Counted from the first letter of the stretch, positions 40,150 through 49,795 are shown. The stretch is 51,008 nt of DNA from Acidimicrobiaceae bacterium (GCA_031413415.1 JANOET010000037.1:1-51008); one strand, 5' to 3'. Numbers and translations are program-made. The notes: generated by a model from the letters alone, not told the origin.

Positions 40150-40782
40150 GTGAGTCCCCTCGCTCCCGACACCACGCACCAGATCGTCACGATCACCCCG
40201 GAGGCGCTCGCCGAACTGGTGGCACTCCGCGACACCGAACCCGATGCCGATCGCCTCGGCCTACGGCTCGAGATCATCAGCAAGCCGGGCGAAGAGTTCC
40301 GGTACGACCTGTCCTTCGACGAGATCACCAAGGCGCCGATCGACGACGAGGTGCGCACCCACACCGCCGGCGACGTCACGCTGAAGGTCATCGTTGCGGG
40401 GAACAGCGTCGACCAGCTCGACGGTGCCACGCTCGACCACACGGCCGGGGCAGGCCTGATCATCCGCAACCCGAACAAGCCCCTCGCCCCGAAGGTGGAG
40501 GGCCTCATCAGCGACGACGAGCTGAGCGCCGAGATCGACGCCCTCATCGGCACCGAGGTCAACCCGGCACTCGCCGCGCACGGCGGTTTCGTCACCTACG
40601 TCGGGCACGACAACGAGGGCACCGCGTACCTCACCATGGGCGGCGGCTGCCACGGTTGCAGCATGAGCCGCATGACGATGATGGAGGGTGTGCAGACGAT
40701 GATCGTCGAGCAGATCCCTGTCGTCGAGCGTGTTCGAGACCTCACCGATCACTCCAGCGGCGAGAACCCCTACTACCACTGA
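40150..40782 (+). CDS. NfuA-like Fe-S cluster carrier (degenerate IscA/HesB-like N-domain + Nfu C-domain)
   Basis: 210 aa: C-terminal VNPALAAHGGFVTYVG...LTMGGGCHGCSMSRMT (CxxC Nfu motif). Confidence 0.75.
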   Translation: MSPLAPDTTHQIVTITPEALAELVALRDTEPDADRLGLRLEIISKPGEEFRYDLSFDEITKAPIDDEVRTHTAGDVTLKVIVAGNSVDQLDGATLDHTAGAGLIIRNPNKPLAPKVEGLISDDELSAEIDALIGTEVNPALAAHGGFVTYVGHDNEGTAYLTMGGGCHGCSMSRMTMMEGVQTMIVEQIPVVERVRDLTDHSSGENPYYH

Positions 40783-40940
40783 CCCGGCGCGGCCCCCGGC
40801 GGGACTCCGGGCCGTCCAGTCGTCGCACGCCTCGTGCTCGGCTGGCGCCTCGCGCTCGGCTACCGCTCCTCCTTGGACGGCCCTGCGCCCCGCCTCCTCT
40901 CGCACATTCTTGGGTGGGTTGGTGGCGAGCATGGGGTGGG

Positions 40941-41020
40941 CGCGGGATGTCCCGAAACTGGGTCACTTCGCGCACACGGGCGGGGGATGTCCCACATCTG
41001 GGACGTTTCGCGCCCAACCG
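40941..41020. repeat. two tandem copies of a ~40-bp hairpin-containing element
   Basis: 40941-40980 vs 40981-41020: 29/40 identical ungapped, shared core GGGATGTCCC-N4-CTGGG-N4-TTCGCGC. Copy 2 contains the perfect hairpin gtccca-catc-tgggac (40989-41004). Confidence 0.5.
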
Positions 41021-41029
41021 ACTGTGGGG

Positions 41030-41890
41030 TCAGCCGAGGGAGGTGGTGGTGGACTCGTCGACGACGTTGGTGGTGGATGTCGCAGCCGGCTCACCGGTGT
41101 TGCCGTTGACCGAGGTCGGGACGGTCGTTGGCGAGACGGTGAGGCCGGGGGGCGGGAGGCAGTACGAACCGGGCGGGCACTCGCCGGGGTACATCGTGGT
41201 GGTGGTGCCGATCGGTTGGCCGGGGGTGGTGGACGAGGGAACGGGTTCGCCGGGGACGGTCGTCAGACCGGGTTCGACCAGTTCACACGACTCGAACATC
41301 TGGCGGCCGAACTCGTCGACTCCCAGGTCGCCGGTGCAGTGCCACAGCCACTGCGTGTCGGGGCCGCAGCCACCTGGCTGCGGCGGCAGGGTGGTGGTGC
41401 CCTGCAGGATCGGCTCAGCCACGGGGATGGTGATGGCGAGGCCGACGGTGAACGCGTCGTAGCCGTCGAGGTCGGCGTTGGCGGCGTTCAACTCGCCGAC
41501 CGTGACGGCGAACTTCTGCGCCACCAGCATCGGTGTGTCGCCGTCCTCGACCTCGTAGATTCCAAACCCGGAGACGGTCGAGACCGTGGGGAGGGGCGGC
41601 AGGGTGCTGAAGGTCGACAGGCACGCGATGGTGGTGGCGGGCATGCCTTCGGCGTCGCCGGGGGACAGGGCGGTGCGACCTTCGTCGTGGCGGAGGGCGT
41701 AGGCGCCGACGCCGCCGGCGCCGACCAGGGTGATGGCGCCGACCAGGCCCGCGGTCCGGCGTTGCTGGCGTCGGCGGGCACGGTGTCGGACATCCATCAA
41801 GGACGGCGCTGACATCGGGGGGGCATGTCGGGACCCGAACGCAGCCGACAGCGTGCGGTCGATGGGATCGAAGCGATCAGAGTCGTTCAT
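41030..41890 (-). CDS. single-pass membrane protein with extracytoplasmic LysM domain and Cys/Pro/Thr-rich tail; putative anti-sigma factor
   Basis: 286 aa. The ATG overlaps the ECF sigma stop by 1 nt. TM TAGLVGAITLVGAGGVGAYAL. LysM-like YEVEDGDTPMLVAQKFAVTVGELNAANADLDGYDAFTVGLAITIP. No ZAS HxxxCxxC motif. Confidence 0.6.
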   Translation of the reverse strand: MNDSDRFDPIDRTLSAAFGSRHAPPMSAPSLMDVRHRARRRQQRRTAGLVGAITLVGAGGVGAYALRHDEGRTALSPGDAEGMPATTIACLSTFSTLPPLPTVSTVSGFGIYEVEDGDTPMLVAQKFAVTVGELNAANADLDGYDAFTVGLAITIPVAEPILQGTTTLPPQPGGCGPDTQWLWHCTGDLGVDEFGRQMFESCELVEPGLTTVPGEPVPSSTTPGQPIGTTTTMYPGECPPGSYCLPPPGLTVSPTTVPTSVNGNTGEPAATSTTNVVDESTTTSLG

Positions 41891-42387
41891 CAGGACACCT
41901 CGGTACGGAGGCGGGCCCGGGCCCGGTGGAGAGTGGACTTCACGGTGCCGACCGGCACGCCGAGCGTCTCGGCGATCTCGGGGTCGGACAGCTGCAACTC
42001 GTAACGGAGCACGATGGCGTTGCGTTGCTTGGTGGGCAGGCGGCGTACCGCGTCGATGACGTGGTTGAACCCGAGCTCGCCGTTCTCCGGCGTGATCGGC
42101 GGTTGCTGACGCATCAGCCGGCGGCGGCGGAGGACCTTGCGGCCGCCGTTCAACACGCAGACGCGCAGGTACGCGACCGGGTTGTCGACCACGCGGTAGC
42201 GGACGTACAGGGCGGCGAACGCCTCCTGCACCACCTCCTCCGCCTGGTCGGGTGCGTCGACGAGCGCGGTGGCCAACCGCACCATCGGACGGAACTCGCG
42301 CTGGTACAGCACCTCGAATGGTTCGTGGACGGTCACGTTCACGGACGGGATCGGGTCACGCATCAGGGGTACCGTTGCTTCGCTCAT
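41890..42387 (-). CDS. ECF (group 4) RNA polymerase sigma-70 factor
   Basis: 165 aa: region 2 EEVVQEAFAALYVRY...NPVAYLRVCVLNGGRK, region 4 LPTKQRNAIVLRYELQLSDPEIAETLGVPVGTVKSTLHRARARL. Confidence 0.9.
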   Translation of the reverse strand: MSEATVPLMRDPIPSVNVTVHEPFEVLYQREFRPMVRLATALVDAPDQAEEVVQEAFAALYVRYRVVDNPVAYLRVCVLNGGRKVLRRRRLMRQQPPITPENGELGFNHVIDAVRRLPTKQRNAIVLRYELQLSDPEIAETLGVPVGTVKSTLHRARARLRTEVS

Positions 42388-42433
42388 TCAGCGAGTACCG
42401 AGTCGTGAACTCCACGATCGGTTCCATCGGACC

Positions 42434-43087
42434 TCAGGGCTGATCGGAGATGATGTCGGCAAGCGCTTCGTCGATGGTGGCGACGAGCAACCGCAGGTCG
42501 GGTCCGAGTGTCGCGACGTGTCCGCTGTTCGGCAGCACCAGTCGCAGCGCAGGTCCACCGAGATGCTCGGCCACGACGTCGAGCGAGAGCGGGTCGGTGC
42601 TGTCGTCGAGCGCGCCGTGCACCAGCAGAACGGGAGCGACGACCGCGTCGAGGTCGAGCGCGTGCACGCCTTCGACCATCTCGATCAACGCGGTGATGGG
42701 CAGGCGGGCGTAGCCCACCTCGCCCTCGGCCAACTCGGGTGCGTCGATCCACTCGTGGCCACGCGACCTGCGCCACTCGAGGCCCTCCAGCACGTCCTCG
42801 TCGGCCATCGGCGGATTGATGGCCACGACGAGCCGTATGTGGTGGTTCACCGCGGCGACGGTGAGGGCAAGCGACGCTCCCATGGATTGCCCAACCAGCA
42901 CCTCGTCGTGGGGGACTGCCGCCAACCACTCACTCCAGCCGATGCCCACCAGGTCTTCCGGCGATGTGCCGTGACCAGGCAGCGTCGTCACCTGCACGTC
43001 GTGACCGGCCGCCGTCAGGAGATCGGCGAGCGGCTGCACGGTGGCGCCGGTGCCACCCAGGCCATGGATCACCGCGATGGTCGCCAT
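42434..43087 (-). CDS. alpha/beta-hydrolase (small carboxylesterase-like)
   Basis: 217 aa: IAVIHGLGGTG, VGQSMGASLA (GxSxG), LLVHGALDDS, NSGHV. Confidence 0.8.
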   Translation of the reverse strand: MATIAVIHGLGGTGATVQPLADLLTAAGHDVQVTTLPGHGTSPEDLVGIGWSEWLAAVPHDEVLVGQSMGASLALTVAAVNHHIRLVVAINPPMADEDVLEGLEWRRSRGHEWIDAPELAEGEVGYARLPITALIEMVEGVHALDLDAVVAPVLLVHGALDDSTDPLSLDVVAEHLGGPALRLVLPNSGHVATLGPDLRLLVATIDEALADIISDQP

Positions 43088-43115
43088 GCGGCCAGTGTGG
43101 CAGTCGGCCGGGCCG

Positions 43116-44309
43116 TCAGCTGACCAGGGCGCGCTGCAGATCGGCCAGCAGATCGGCGGGGTCCTCGAGGCCGACCGAGATGCGCAGCAGGCCGGGCGTC
43201 ACGCCCTGGGCCGCGGCTTCCTCGGGGGTGAGGCTCGCATGCGTGGTGGTGGCCGGGTGGCACACCAGCGTCTCGGGCCCGCCGAGCGACGTGGCGACGT
43301 GCAGCAACTGCACGCGGGCGAGCAGGTGCTCGACCGCGGCAAGGCCACCGGCGAGCTCGACCGCGAACACGGTGCCGAAGTGGCGCATCTGCCGCTTGGC
43401 GAGATCGTGCTGGGGGTGGGTGTGCAGGCCGGGGTAGTGCACGGCCGACACGCCGGGGTGACGCTGCAGCGACTCGGAGAGGAACTGCGCGCTGGCCGAC
43501 TGGTGGTTGGTGCGCACGGCCATGGTGCGGATACCGCGCAGCGCGTTCAACGCGTCGAACGGCGATGGCGTCGCGCCGTGCAGCACGCTGTACGCCCACA
43601 CTGCGTCGATGAGCTCGCGTTCGCCGCTGACGACGCCGAGCGTGGCGTCGTTGTGGCCGGCGATGCCCTTCGTGGCCGAATGCAGCGAGAGATGCACGCC
43701 GTGGGCCAGCGGTTGCTGCCCGAGCGGCGTGGCGAACGTGCTGTCGACGACGGTGATCGGGCCACGGAGGCCACCGATCTCGTCGAGGTCGACCAGCTGC
43801 AGGCAGGGGTTCGACGGCGTCTCGGCCAGCACCATCATCGTGCGGCCCGGCTGTACCGCCGCGGCGAAGGCACCGGGCTCGGTGCCGTCGACGAACGTGA
43901 CGTCGATGCCGAAGCGGGCACACGGACCCTGCAGGAACGCGAGCGTCGCCGCGTAGAGGTTGCGCTGGGCGACGATGTGGTCGCCCTTGCTGCACAGGGC
44001 GAGGACGACGGAGCTGATCGCGCCCATGCCACTGGCGAACGCCAGCGACGCCTCGGCACCCTCGAGTTCGGCGATGGCGTCCTCGAACGAACAGACGGTG
44101 GGGTTGCTGTAGCGGCTGTAGAACTCGTTCGACCGCACACCGGTGGCCCGCTTGCGGGCGTCGGCCATGCTCTCGCTCTCCCACACGCTGCTGGCCCACA
44201 ACGCCGGAGCGAGCGAGCGACCGCTGTGACGGCGACCGCTGGTGATGGCGCGCGTCGCGGGCTGAGGGTCTGGCAGGTCGCCGGACACGGAGTCGGACTG
44301 TTCGGACAT
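43116..44309 (-). CDS. Cys/Met-metabolism PLP enzyme (cystathionine gamma-synthase / gamma-lyase / methionine gamma-lyase family)
   Basis: YSRYSNPT, FASGMGAIS, HSATKGIAGHNDA (PLP-Lys), LLRISVGLEDPADLLADL. ATG 44309 preferred over the track TTG 44318. Confidence 0.85.
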   Translation of the reverse strand: MSEQSDSVSGDLPDPQPATRAITSGRRHSGRSLAPALWASSVWESESMADARKRATGVRSNEFYSRYSNPTVCSFEDAIAELEGAEASLAFASGMGAISSVVLALCSKGDHIVAQRNLYAATLAFLQGPCARFGIDVTFVDGTEPGAFAAAVQPGRTMMVLAETPSNPCLQLVDLDEIGGLRGPITVVDSTFATPLGQQPLAHGVHLSLHSATKGIAGHNDATLGVVSGERELIDAVWAYSVLHGATPSPFDALNALRGIRTMAVRTNHQSASAQFLSESLQRHPGVSAVHYPGLHTHPQHDLAKRQMRHFGTVFAVELAGGLAAVEHLLARVQLLHVATSLGGPETLVCHPATTTHASLTPEEAAAQGVTPGLLRISVGLEDPADLLADLQRALVS

Positions 44310-44334
44310 TCGCGGCAAGGCTACAGTCCGCCCG

Positions 44335-44961
44335 ATGAGCGTCGACCCTGGGTATTTCTACCGCACGTGCCGCGAGCGCATCACCGCGCTGGTGTCGGAC
44401 CCCTCGGTCGACGAGTCGGTCGTAGTGCCATCGACGCCCGAGTGGACCGTGCACGACGTCGTCGCCCACCTGTCGGGCATCAGCGACGACGCCACCACGG
44501 GCAACATGGGCGGCGCGCCCGGCGAAGCATGGACGGCGGCGCAGGTCGAGCGCGGCCGCACGAAGTCGTTGCAGGAACTCCTCGATCAGTGGGCGCGCAC
44601 CTCGCCCATGCTCGAAGCCGTCTTCTCGTCGCCCGACGGGTCGCCGATGCTCGCCGGTGTCATCGACGTGCACACGCACGAGGCCGACCTGCGCCACGCA
44701 CTCGGGCTGCCGGTCGAGGTTCCCGCCGAGTTCCTGGCGTGGGTGGCCGAGCGATTCCGTGATGGTCTCGCCAAACAGGTCGCGACTGCCGGCCTGCCGC
44801 CGGTCTCGGTCGACGCCTCCGACCTCGAGTGGTTCCGCGGCAGGCTCGGGCGTCGCACCACCGCCGAGGTGTGTGCGTACGGCTGGTCGGCCGATCCTGC
44901 GCCATACCTCGAACACTTCTTCGTGTTCGGGCGCGCCGACCGGTCGCTGGGTGAGGTCTGA
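44335..44961 (+). CDS. DinB-fold maleylpyruvate-isomerase-family (mycothiol-dependent-type) protein
   Basis: 208 aa: STPEWTVHDVVAHLSGISDD..., DVHTHEADLRHALG. Confidence 0.75.
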   Translation: MSVDPGYFYRTCRERITALVSDPSVDESVVVPSTPEWTVHDVVAHLSGISDDATTGNMGGAPGEAWTAAQVERGRTKSLQELLDQWARTSPMLEAVFSSPDGSPMLAGVIDVHTHEADLRHALGLPVEVPAEFLAWVAERFRDGLAKQVATAGLPPVSVDASDLEWFRGRLGRRTTAEVCAYGWSADPAPYLEHFFVFGRADRSLGEV

Positions 44962-45323
44962 TGCTCGGCCGAATCGGTGAGGTGGTCGTCGACTGCCACG
45001 ACCCGCTGGCGTTGGCAGAGTTCTGGCAACGAGTCCTCGGCGGCTACGTGGTGCGCCAGAGTCACGAGTGGGTCGCGCTGGAACCTCCCACGGGCATCAC
45101 CATCGGTTTCCAACTGGTGCCCGAGGTGAAGTCGGGGAAGAACCGAGTCCATCTCGACATCGACGTGCCCGATCTCGAGGTCGCCGCGACCGCGGCGGAA
45201 GCGATCGGCGCGCAACGGCTCGGCGAGGTCGTCTACGACGAGCTCGGTGGCTTCCAGGTGATGCTCGACCCCGAGGGCAACGAGTTCTGCTTCATCCACG
45301 GTCCCACGGCGATCACTGCCTGA
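44961..45323 (+). CDS. VOC/glyoxalase-family protein
   Basis: 120 aa: VVDCHDPLALAEFWQRVLGG..., KNRVHLDI, DPEGNEFC. The ATG overlaps the previous stop by 1 nt. Confidence 0.8.
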   Translation: MLGRIGEVVVDCHDPLALAEFWQRVLGGYVVRQSHEWVALEPPTGITIGFQLVPEVKSGKNRVHLDIDVPDLEVAATAAEAIGAQRLGEVVYDELGGFQVMLDPEGNEFCFIHGPTAITA

Positions 45324-47037
45324 GACCCGCACGGAGCAACGAGCCCGGCAGCTCGCCGGTGAACTCGTCGTCGGCGACGGTCTGGATGCCGTTGCACCAG
45401 GTCGCGACGTAGCCCGTCGCCTTCTGCACCAGCCGACGCCCCTGGGCAGGAAGGTCGTGGGCCATCCGAGCTGGACCGAACGCGAGCCGCTCGTAGTCGA
45501 TGAGGTTCAGGTCGGCGCGCATGCCCGGTGCGACGAGTCCACGATCGGCCAGCCCGTAGAACGCAGCCGTCTGCGACGTCTGGCGATGCACCACGTGCTC
45601 CAGCGACATCTTCGGACCGCGGGTGCGATCGCGCGTCCAGTGGGTGAGCATGAAGGTGGGCATCCCGCCGTCGCAGATGGCCCCGCAGTGGGCGCCGGCG
45701 TCGCTGAGCCCGTTGCGCGTGTAGGGGTGCTGGTTGGCCTCGAAGGTGAAGGCCAGGTCGCCATAGGTGTAGTTGAAGAACGGCGCGTAGATCATGCCGT
45801 TGCCGTCGAGCGAGGTGAGCTGATCGACCACCAGGGCCATCGCCGGCACTCCCTGCCGACGTGCACGCTCGGCGATGCTGTCGACGCGCGACGGCTCGTA
45901 GTCGATGTTGCCGTCGTCGGTGAGCCACATGCGGTCGAGCTTGTCGAGGACCGCCTGCTGCATGAACCCACCGTCGTCGGGAATGTCCTCGATGATGCGA
46001 CGGCGGCGTTCGGGGTCGGCCAACTTGCCGAGTTGCTCGGCGAGTGGCAGGTGCATGATCTCGTGGAAGGCCGGGTGGAACATGAGCGGATGCACGCTGC
46101 CCTGCAGGCAGTAGAGGATGCCGATGGAGCGGCCCGCCACCTGGGCGTAGATGGGAAGGCCGTCGGCCTGGGCGACGTCGAGCAGGCTCAGCACGTCGCG
46201 CCACACCTCGGGCGCCGAGTCGGGTTGGTTGACGTTCACGCTCACCGGCTGACCGGTGACCGCGGCGAGCCGACGCATCCACGGCCATTCGTCGACCGCG
46301 ACACGAGCATGCTCGGGAGCGAACTGGAACACGCCGTGGCCTGCGCGTGCGATGGCCTCGCCGATGCCGAGCAGTTCGCGTTCGTCGGCGTGGGTGCCGG
46401 GCACGAGCTCGCCATCCTTGGCGCGGTGCAGTGAGGTGCGGCTGGTCGAGAAACCGAACGCGCCCGACCGGAGCGCATCCTCGACCATCGCCGACATGGC
46501 CGCGATGTCCGCGTCGGTCGCGGGTGCGTCGGTGGATGCTCGGTCGCCCATGACGTAGGCGCGGAGCGCGCCGTGGGCGATCTGCGCGCCGACGTCGAGC
46601 ACGCGTGGCACTTCGGCCACTGCGTCGAGGTACTCGGGGAACGTCTCCCAGCCCCACGTGATGCCGGCGGTCAGCGCGCTGCCGGGGATGTCCTCCACAC
46701 CCTCCATCAACTGGATGAGCCACTCGTGCCGGTCGGGTCGGGCCGGCGCGAAACCCACGCCACAGTTGCCCATGATGACGGTCGTGACGCCGTGCCAACT
46801 GGATGGCGTGACATACGGATCCCATGTGACCTGCGCGTCGTAATGGGTGTGGATGTCGACGAAACCGGGCGTGACGAGGCGGCCGTCGGCGTCGACGGTG
46901 CGGACGCCGGCGCCAAGGCTGCCCGCGGCGTCGACCGCGGTGATGGTGCTGCCGTCGACGGCGATGTCGGCGTGGCGTCCGGGGGCGCCGCTGCCGTCGA
47001 CGAGGAAGGCGTTGCGGATGACGAGGTCGTGGCTCAC
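45313..47037 (-). CDS. N-acyl-D-amino-acid deacylase-family amidohydrolase
   Basis: C-terminal 574 codons of the 751-aa track ORF: VSHDLVIRNAFLVDGSG...PGFVDIHTHYD...GVTTVIMGNCGVGFAP. The GTG overlaps the hisN stop (GTGA). Confidence 0.85.
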   Translation of the reverse strand: MSHDLVIRNAFLVDGSGAPGRHADIAVDGSTITAVDAAGSLGAGVRTVDADGRLVTPGFVDIHTHYDAQVTWDPYVTPSSWHGVTTVIMGNCGVGFAPARPDRHEWLIQLMEGVEDIPGSALTAGITWGWETFPEYLDAVAEVPRVLDVGAQIAHGALRAYVMGDRASTDAPATDADIAAMSAMVEDALRSGAFGFSTSRTSLHRAKDGELVPGTHADERELLGIGEAIARAGHGVFQFAPEHARVAVDEWPWMRRLAAVTGQPVSVNVNQPDSAPEVWRDVLSLLDVAQADGLPIYAQVAGRSIGILYCLQGSVHPLMFHPAFHEIMHLPLAEQLGKLADPERRRRIIEDIPDDGGFMQQAVLDKLDRMWLTDDGNIDYEPSRVDSIAERARRQGVPAMALVVDQLTSLDGNGMIYAPFFNYTYGDLAFTFEANQHPYTRNGLSDAGAHCGAICDGGMPTFMLTHWTRDRTRGPKMSLEHVVHRQTSQTAAFYGLADRGLVAPGMRADLNLIDYERLAFGPARMAHDLPAQGRRLVQKATGYVATWCNGIQTVADDEFTGELPGSLLRAGLRQ

Positions 47038-47831
47038 CCCAACATCCTGGCGTGTCGGTGCAGGTGGCCGTTCGACGAGATGGCCGAGTCGCTCGCGAAC
47101 GTGCGCGCCCCGTGCCGGTCGGTGAACGTGCCGCCAGCCTCCTCGACGACCACCATCACGGCGGCGAGGTCGTACTCCTGCAGGCCGATCGCGTCGACCG
47201 CCAGGTCGACCGCGCCTTCGGCGACCAACATGTGCTGCCAGAAGTCGCCGAACCCGCGAGCGCGATATGCGGTCTGCTGCAACTTCACCAGTTCGCCCGT
47301 CAGTCCGAGTTCGTCCCAGCCCTCGGCGAAGGTGACGCTGACCTGTGCCTCGGCGATGTCGGCGACGTCGCTGACGTGGATTCGTCGACCGTCGGCGAAG
47401 GCGCCGAGACCCTTTGCCGCCCACCAGCGGTGTCGCATGGCCGGCGCCGAGACCACGCCCACCACTGCGCCGTGTTCGGCATGGGTGAGTGAGACGAGCG
47501 TGGCCCACACGGGAATGCCGCGCACGAAGTTGCTCGTGCCGTCGATGGGGTCGATGATCCAACGCCACGGGCTGGACGTGTCGCCCACCACGCCGTGCTC
47601 CTCACCGAAGAAGCAGTGCGTCGGTCGTTGCTGCAACACCTGTGCACTGATCGCCGACTCGGTGTCTCGATCGGCCTCGGTCACCTCGGTCCGGTTCGCC
47701 TTCCAGTCGAGGCTGAAGGATCGGTGCGTGTAGTACGGCAGTGTGATCGTGTCGGCGAGGTCGGCCAACTGGATGGCGAACTGCAGCTCGGTGAACGCAT
47801 CGAAGTCGGGGATCGCGGTGGGTGACGTCAC
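47034..47831 (-). CDS. hisN: histidinol-phosphatase (inositol-monophosphatase family)
   Basis: 265 aa with GTG start: FGEEHG, WIIDPIDGTSNFVRG, WDLAAV-like YDLAAVMVVVEEAGG. Confidence 0.85.
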   Translation of the reverse strand: MTSPTAIPDFDAFTELQFAIQLADLADTITLPYYTHRSFSLDWKANRTEVTEADRDTESAISAQVLQQRPTHCFFGEEHGVVGDTSSPWRWIIDPIDGTSNFVRGIPVWATLVSLTHAEHGAVVGVVSAPAMRHRWWAAKGLGAFADGRRIHVSDVADIAEAQVSVTFAEGWDELGLTGELVKLQQTAYRARGFGDFWQHMLVAEGAVDLAVDAIGLQEYDLAAVMVVVEEAGGTFTDRHGARTFASDSAISSNGHLHRHARMLG

Positions 47832-47854
47832 CCGACCAAGCTAGGCGAGCGGAC

Positions 47855-49795
47855 TCAGCCGAGCAGCGTGCGGGCCGCCGCAGCGATGCCGTCGGCGTCG
47901 AGCCCGAGTTGGGCCAGGATCTTCTCGGCGGCGCCCTGCGGAAGGAACTTCGACGGAATACCGAGCACCTGCACCGGCACGGACGCGTTCACCGCGTGCA
48001 CGCGGTCAGCGATCGACATGCCGATGCCGCCTTCGCGGACGCCGTCCTCGACGGTGAGGACGGCACGGTGCGCAGCAGCGTCGGCGATCATGTCGGGGTC
48101 GAGCGGGATGCAGGACCGTACGTCCCACACGGTGATCTCGATGCCAGACGCGGCGAGCGCCTCGGCGGCCTGTTGCGCTTCGACGACGAGCTTGCCGACC
48201 GCGAGCACGGCCAACGATCCGTCGCCGGTGCGTGCCTTGCGGGCGTGCAACCCGACGCCGACTTCGCGTTCGGGAACGTGGTGAGCGGCGCCTCGCGGCC
48301 AGCGCAACGCGACCGGACCGTCGTCGGCCAGGTGGACGGCGTCGTGCAGCATGACCGCCAGTTCCTGGGCGCTCGACGGCGCGAGCACGCGCATGCCTGG
48401 CACCTTGGCCAGCAGCGCCATGTCGTAGACGCCATGGTGGCTGGCGCCATCGGGGCCGGTGATGCCGGCTCGGTCGAGGCAGAAGATGACGGGCAGGCGG
48501 TGGAGGGCGACGTCGTAGACGACCTGGTCCCACGCGCGGTTGAGGAACGTGGAGTACACGGCGACGATGGGGCGCAGGCCACCCATGGCCATGCCGGCGG
48601 CGCCGGTGACCGCGTGCTGCTCGGCGATTCCGACGTCGAAGAACCGGTCGGGGAAGCGGGCCTGGAACGGCAGCAGCCCGGTGGGGCCGGGCATCGCCGC
48701 GGTGATGGCGACGAGGCGCGAGTCGGCCTCGGCCTCTTTGATGATGGCCTCGGCGAATGACTGTGTGTAGCCGGTGACGACCGCGGGTGGTGGGCCGACC
48801 ATGGGGTCGAACACGGGTGCGTCGTGGAGGTGCTTCTCGTCGTCGTCCTCCGCAGGCGAATAGCCGCGACCCTTCTGAGTGAGGACGTGCACGACGATCG
48901 GCCCCTCGGCCGACAACTCGACGGCGTTGCGGAACGTGGCCTCGAGTTGCTCGACGTCGTGTCCGTCGACCGGGCCGACGTAGCGGACGCCGAGCGCCTC
49001 GAAGAACGAGGGCGGCTGCAGGAACTCGCGCACGGCCGCCTTCATGGCCTCGACGCCCTTCTCGGCCTGGGTGCCGACGTAGGGCAGGTCGCGCAGGAAC
49101 GCCTCGAGTCGACGCTGCCGGCGCACGTACACCGGGTTGAGCCGAATGTCGGTGAGCGCGTGCGACAACTTCTCGGTGATGCGCTCGGGAAGGCTCGGGT
49201 GATCCATCTCGGCTTGCTCACGGGCCGAGACGCCGGCGGTCAGGTTCGAGATGGTCGGCGCATAGCTTCGGCCGTTGTCGTTGAGCACGATGATGACGCG
49301 CTGCCGGCTGTGCCCGATGTTGTTCAGCGCCTCGTAGGCCATGCCCCCGGTCATCGAGCCGTCGCCGATGACCCCGACGATGTGTCGGAAGTGGTTGGTG
49401 TGCAGCTCGCGGCCGACCGACAGGCCGTATGCGTAGCTCAGCACCGTGGAGGCGTGACTGTTCTCGATGAAGTCGTGAGCGCTCTCTTCGCGGCTCGGGT
49501 AACCGGACAGGCCACCGGCCTGGCGCAGTTGATCGAAACCGGCCTGGCGCCCCGTGAGGATCTTGTGCACATACGCCTGGTGGCCGGTGTCCCACAGCAC
49601 CGCGTCGGTGGGTGAGTCGAACACGCGGTGCAGGGCGAGGCTGAGCTCGACCACGCCGAGATTGCTGCCGAGGTGGCCGGCGTGCTCGGACACTGCGTGC
49701 ACGATGAAGTCGCGGATTTCTCCGGCGAGCTCATCGAGCTCTGGGTAGCTCAGTTCACGCAGGTCGGCGGGCTGCTGGATGTCGTTCAGTGCCAT
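47855..49795 (-). CDS. dxs: 1-deoxy-D-xylulose-5-phosphate synthase
   Basis: C-terminal 646 codons of the 947-aa track ORF: GHLGSNLGVVELSLALH...WDTGHQAYVHKILTGR...GDGSMTGGMAYEALN...FDVGIAEQHAV. Confidence 0.95.
   Translation of the reverse strand: MALNDIQQPADLRELSYPELDELAGEIRDFIVHAVSEHAGHLGSNLGVVELSLALHRVFDSPTDAVLWDTGHQAYVHKILTGRQAGFDQLRQAGGLSGYPSREESAHDFIENSHASTVLSYAYGLSVGRELHTNHFRHIVGVIGDGSMTGGMAYEALNNIGHSRQRVIIVLNDNGRSYAPTISNLTAGVSAREQAEMDHPSLPERITEKLSHALTDIRLNPVYVRRQRRLEAFLRDLPYVGTQAEKGVEAMKAAVREFLQPPSFFEALGVRYVGPVDGHDVEQLEATFRNAVELSAEGPIVVHVLTQKGRGYSPAEDDDEKHLHDAPVFDPMVGPPPAVVTGYTQSFAEAIIKEAEADSRLVAITAAMPGPTGLLPFQARFPDRFFDVGIAEQHAVTGAAGMAMGGLRPIVAVYSTFLNRAWDQVVYDVALHRLPVIFCLDRAGITGPDGASHHGVYDMALLAKVPGMRVLAPSSAQELAVMLHDAVHLADDGPVALRWPRGAAHHVPEREVGVGLHARKARTGDGSLAVLAVGKLVVEAQQAAEALAASGIEITVWDVRSCIPLDPDMIADAAAHRAVLTVEDGVREGGIGMSIADRVHAVNASVPVQVLGIPSKFLPQGAAEKILAQLGLDADGIAAAARTLLG

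Noticed and set aside
40834-41109. 91-aa ORF covering the tandem 40-bp repeat
   Set aside because: Its translation is Trp/Arg/Gly-rich nonsense (…RGRWWWTRRRRWWWM…). It overlaps the 3' end of the anti-sigma gene and has no start context.
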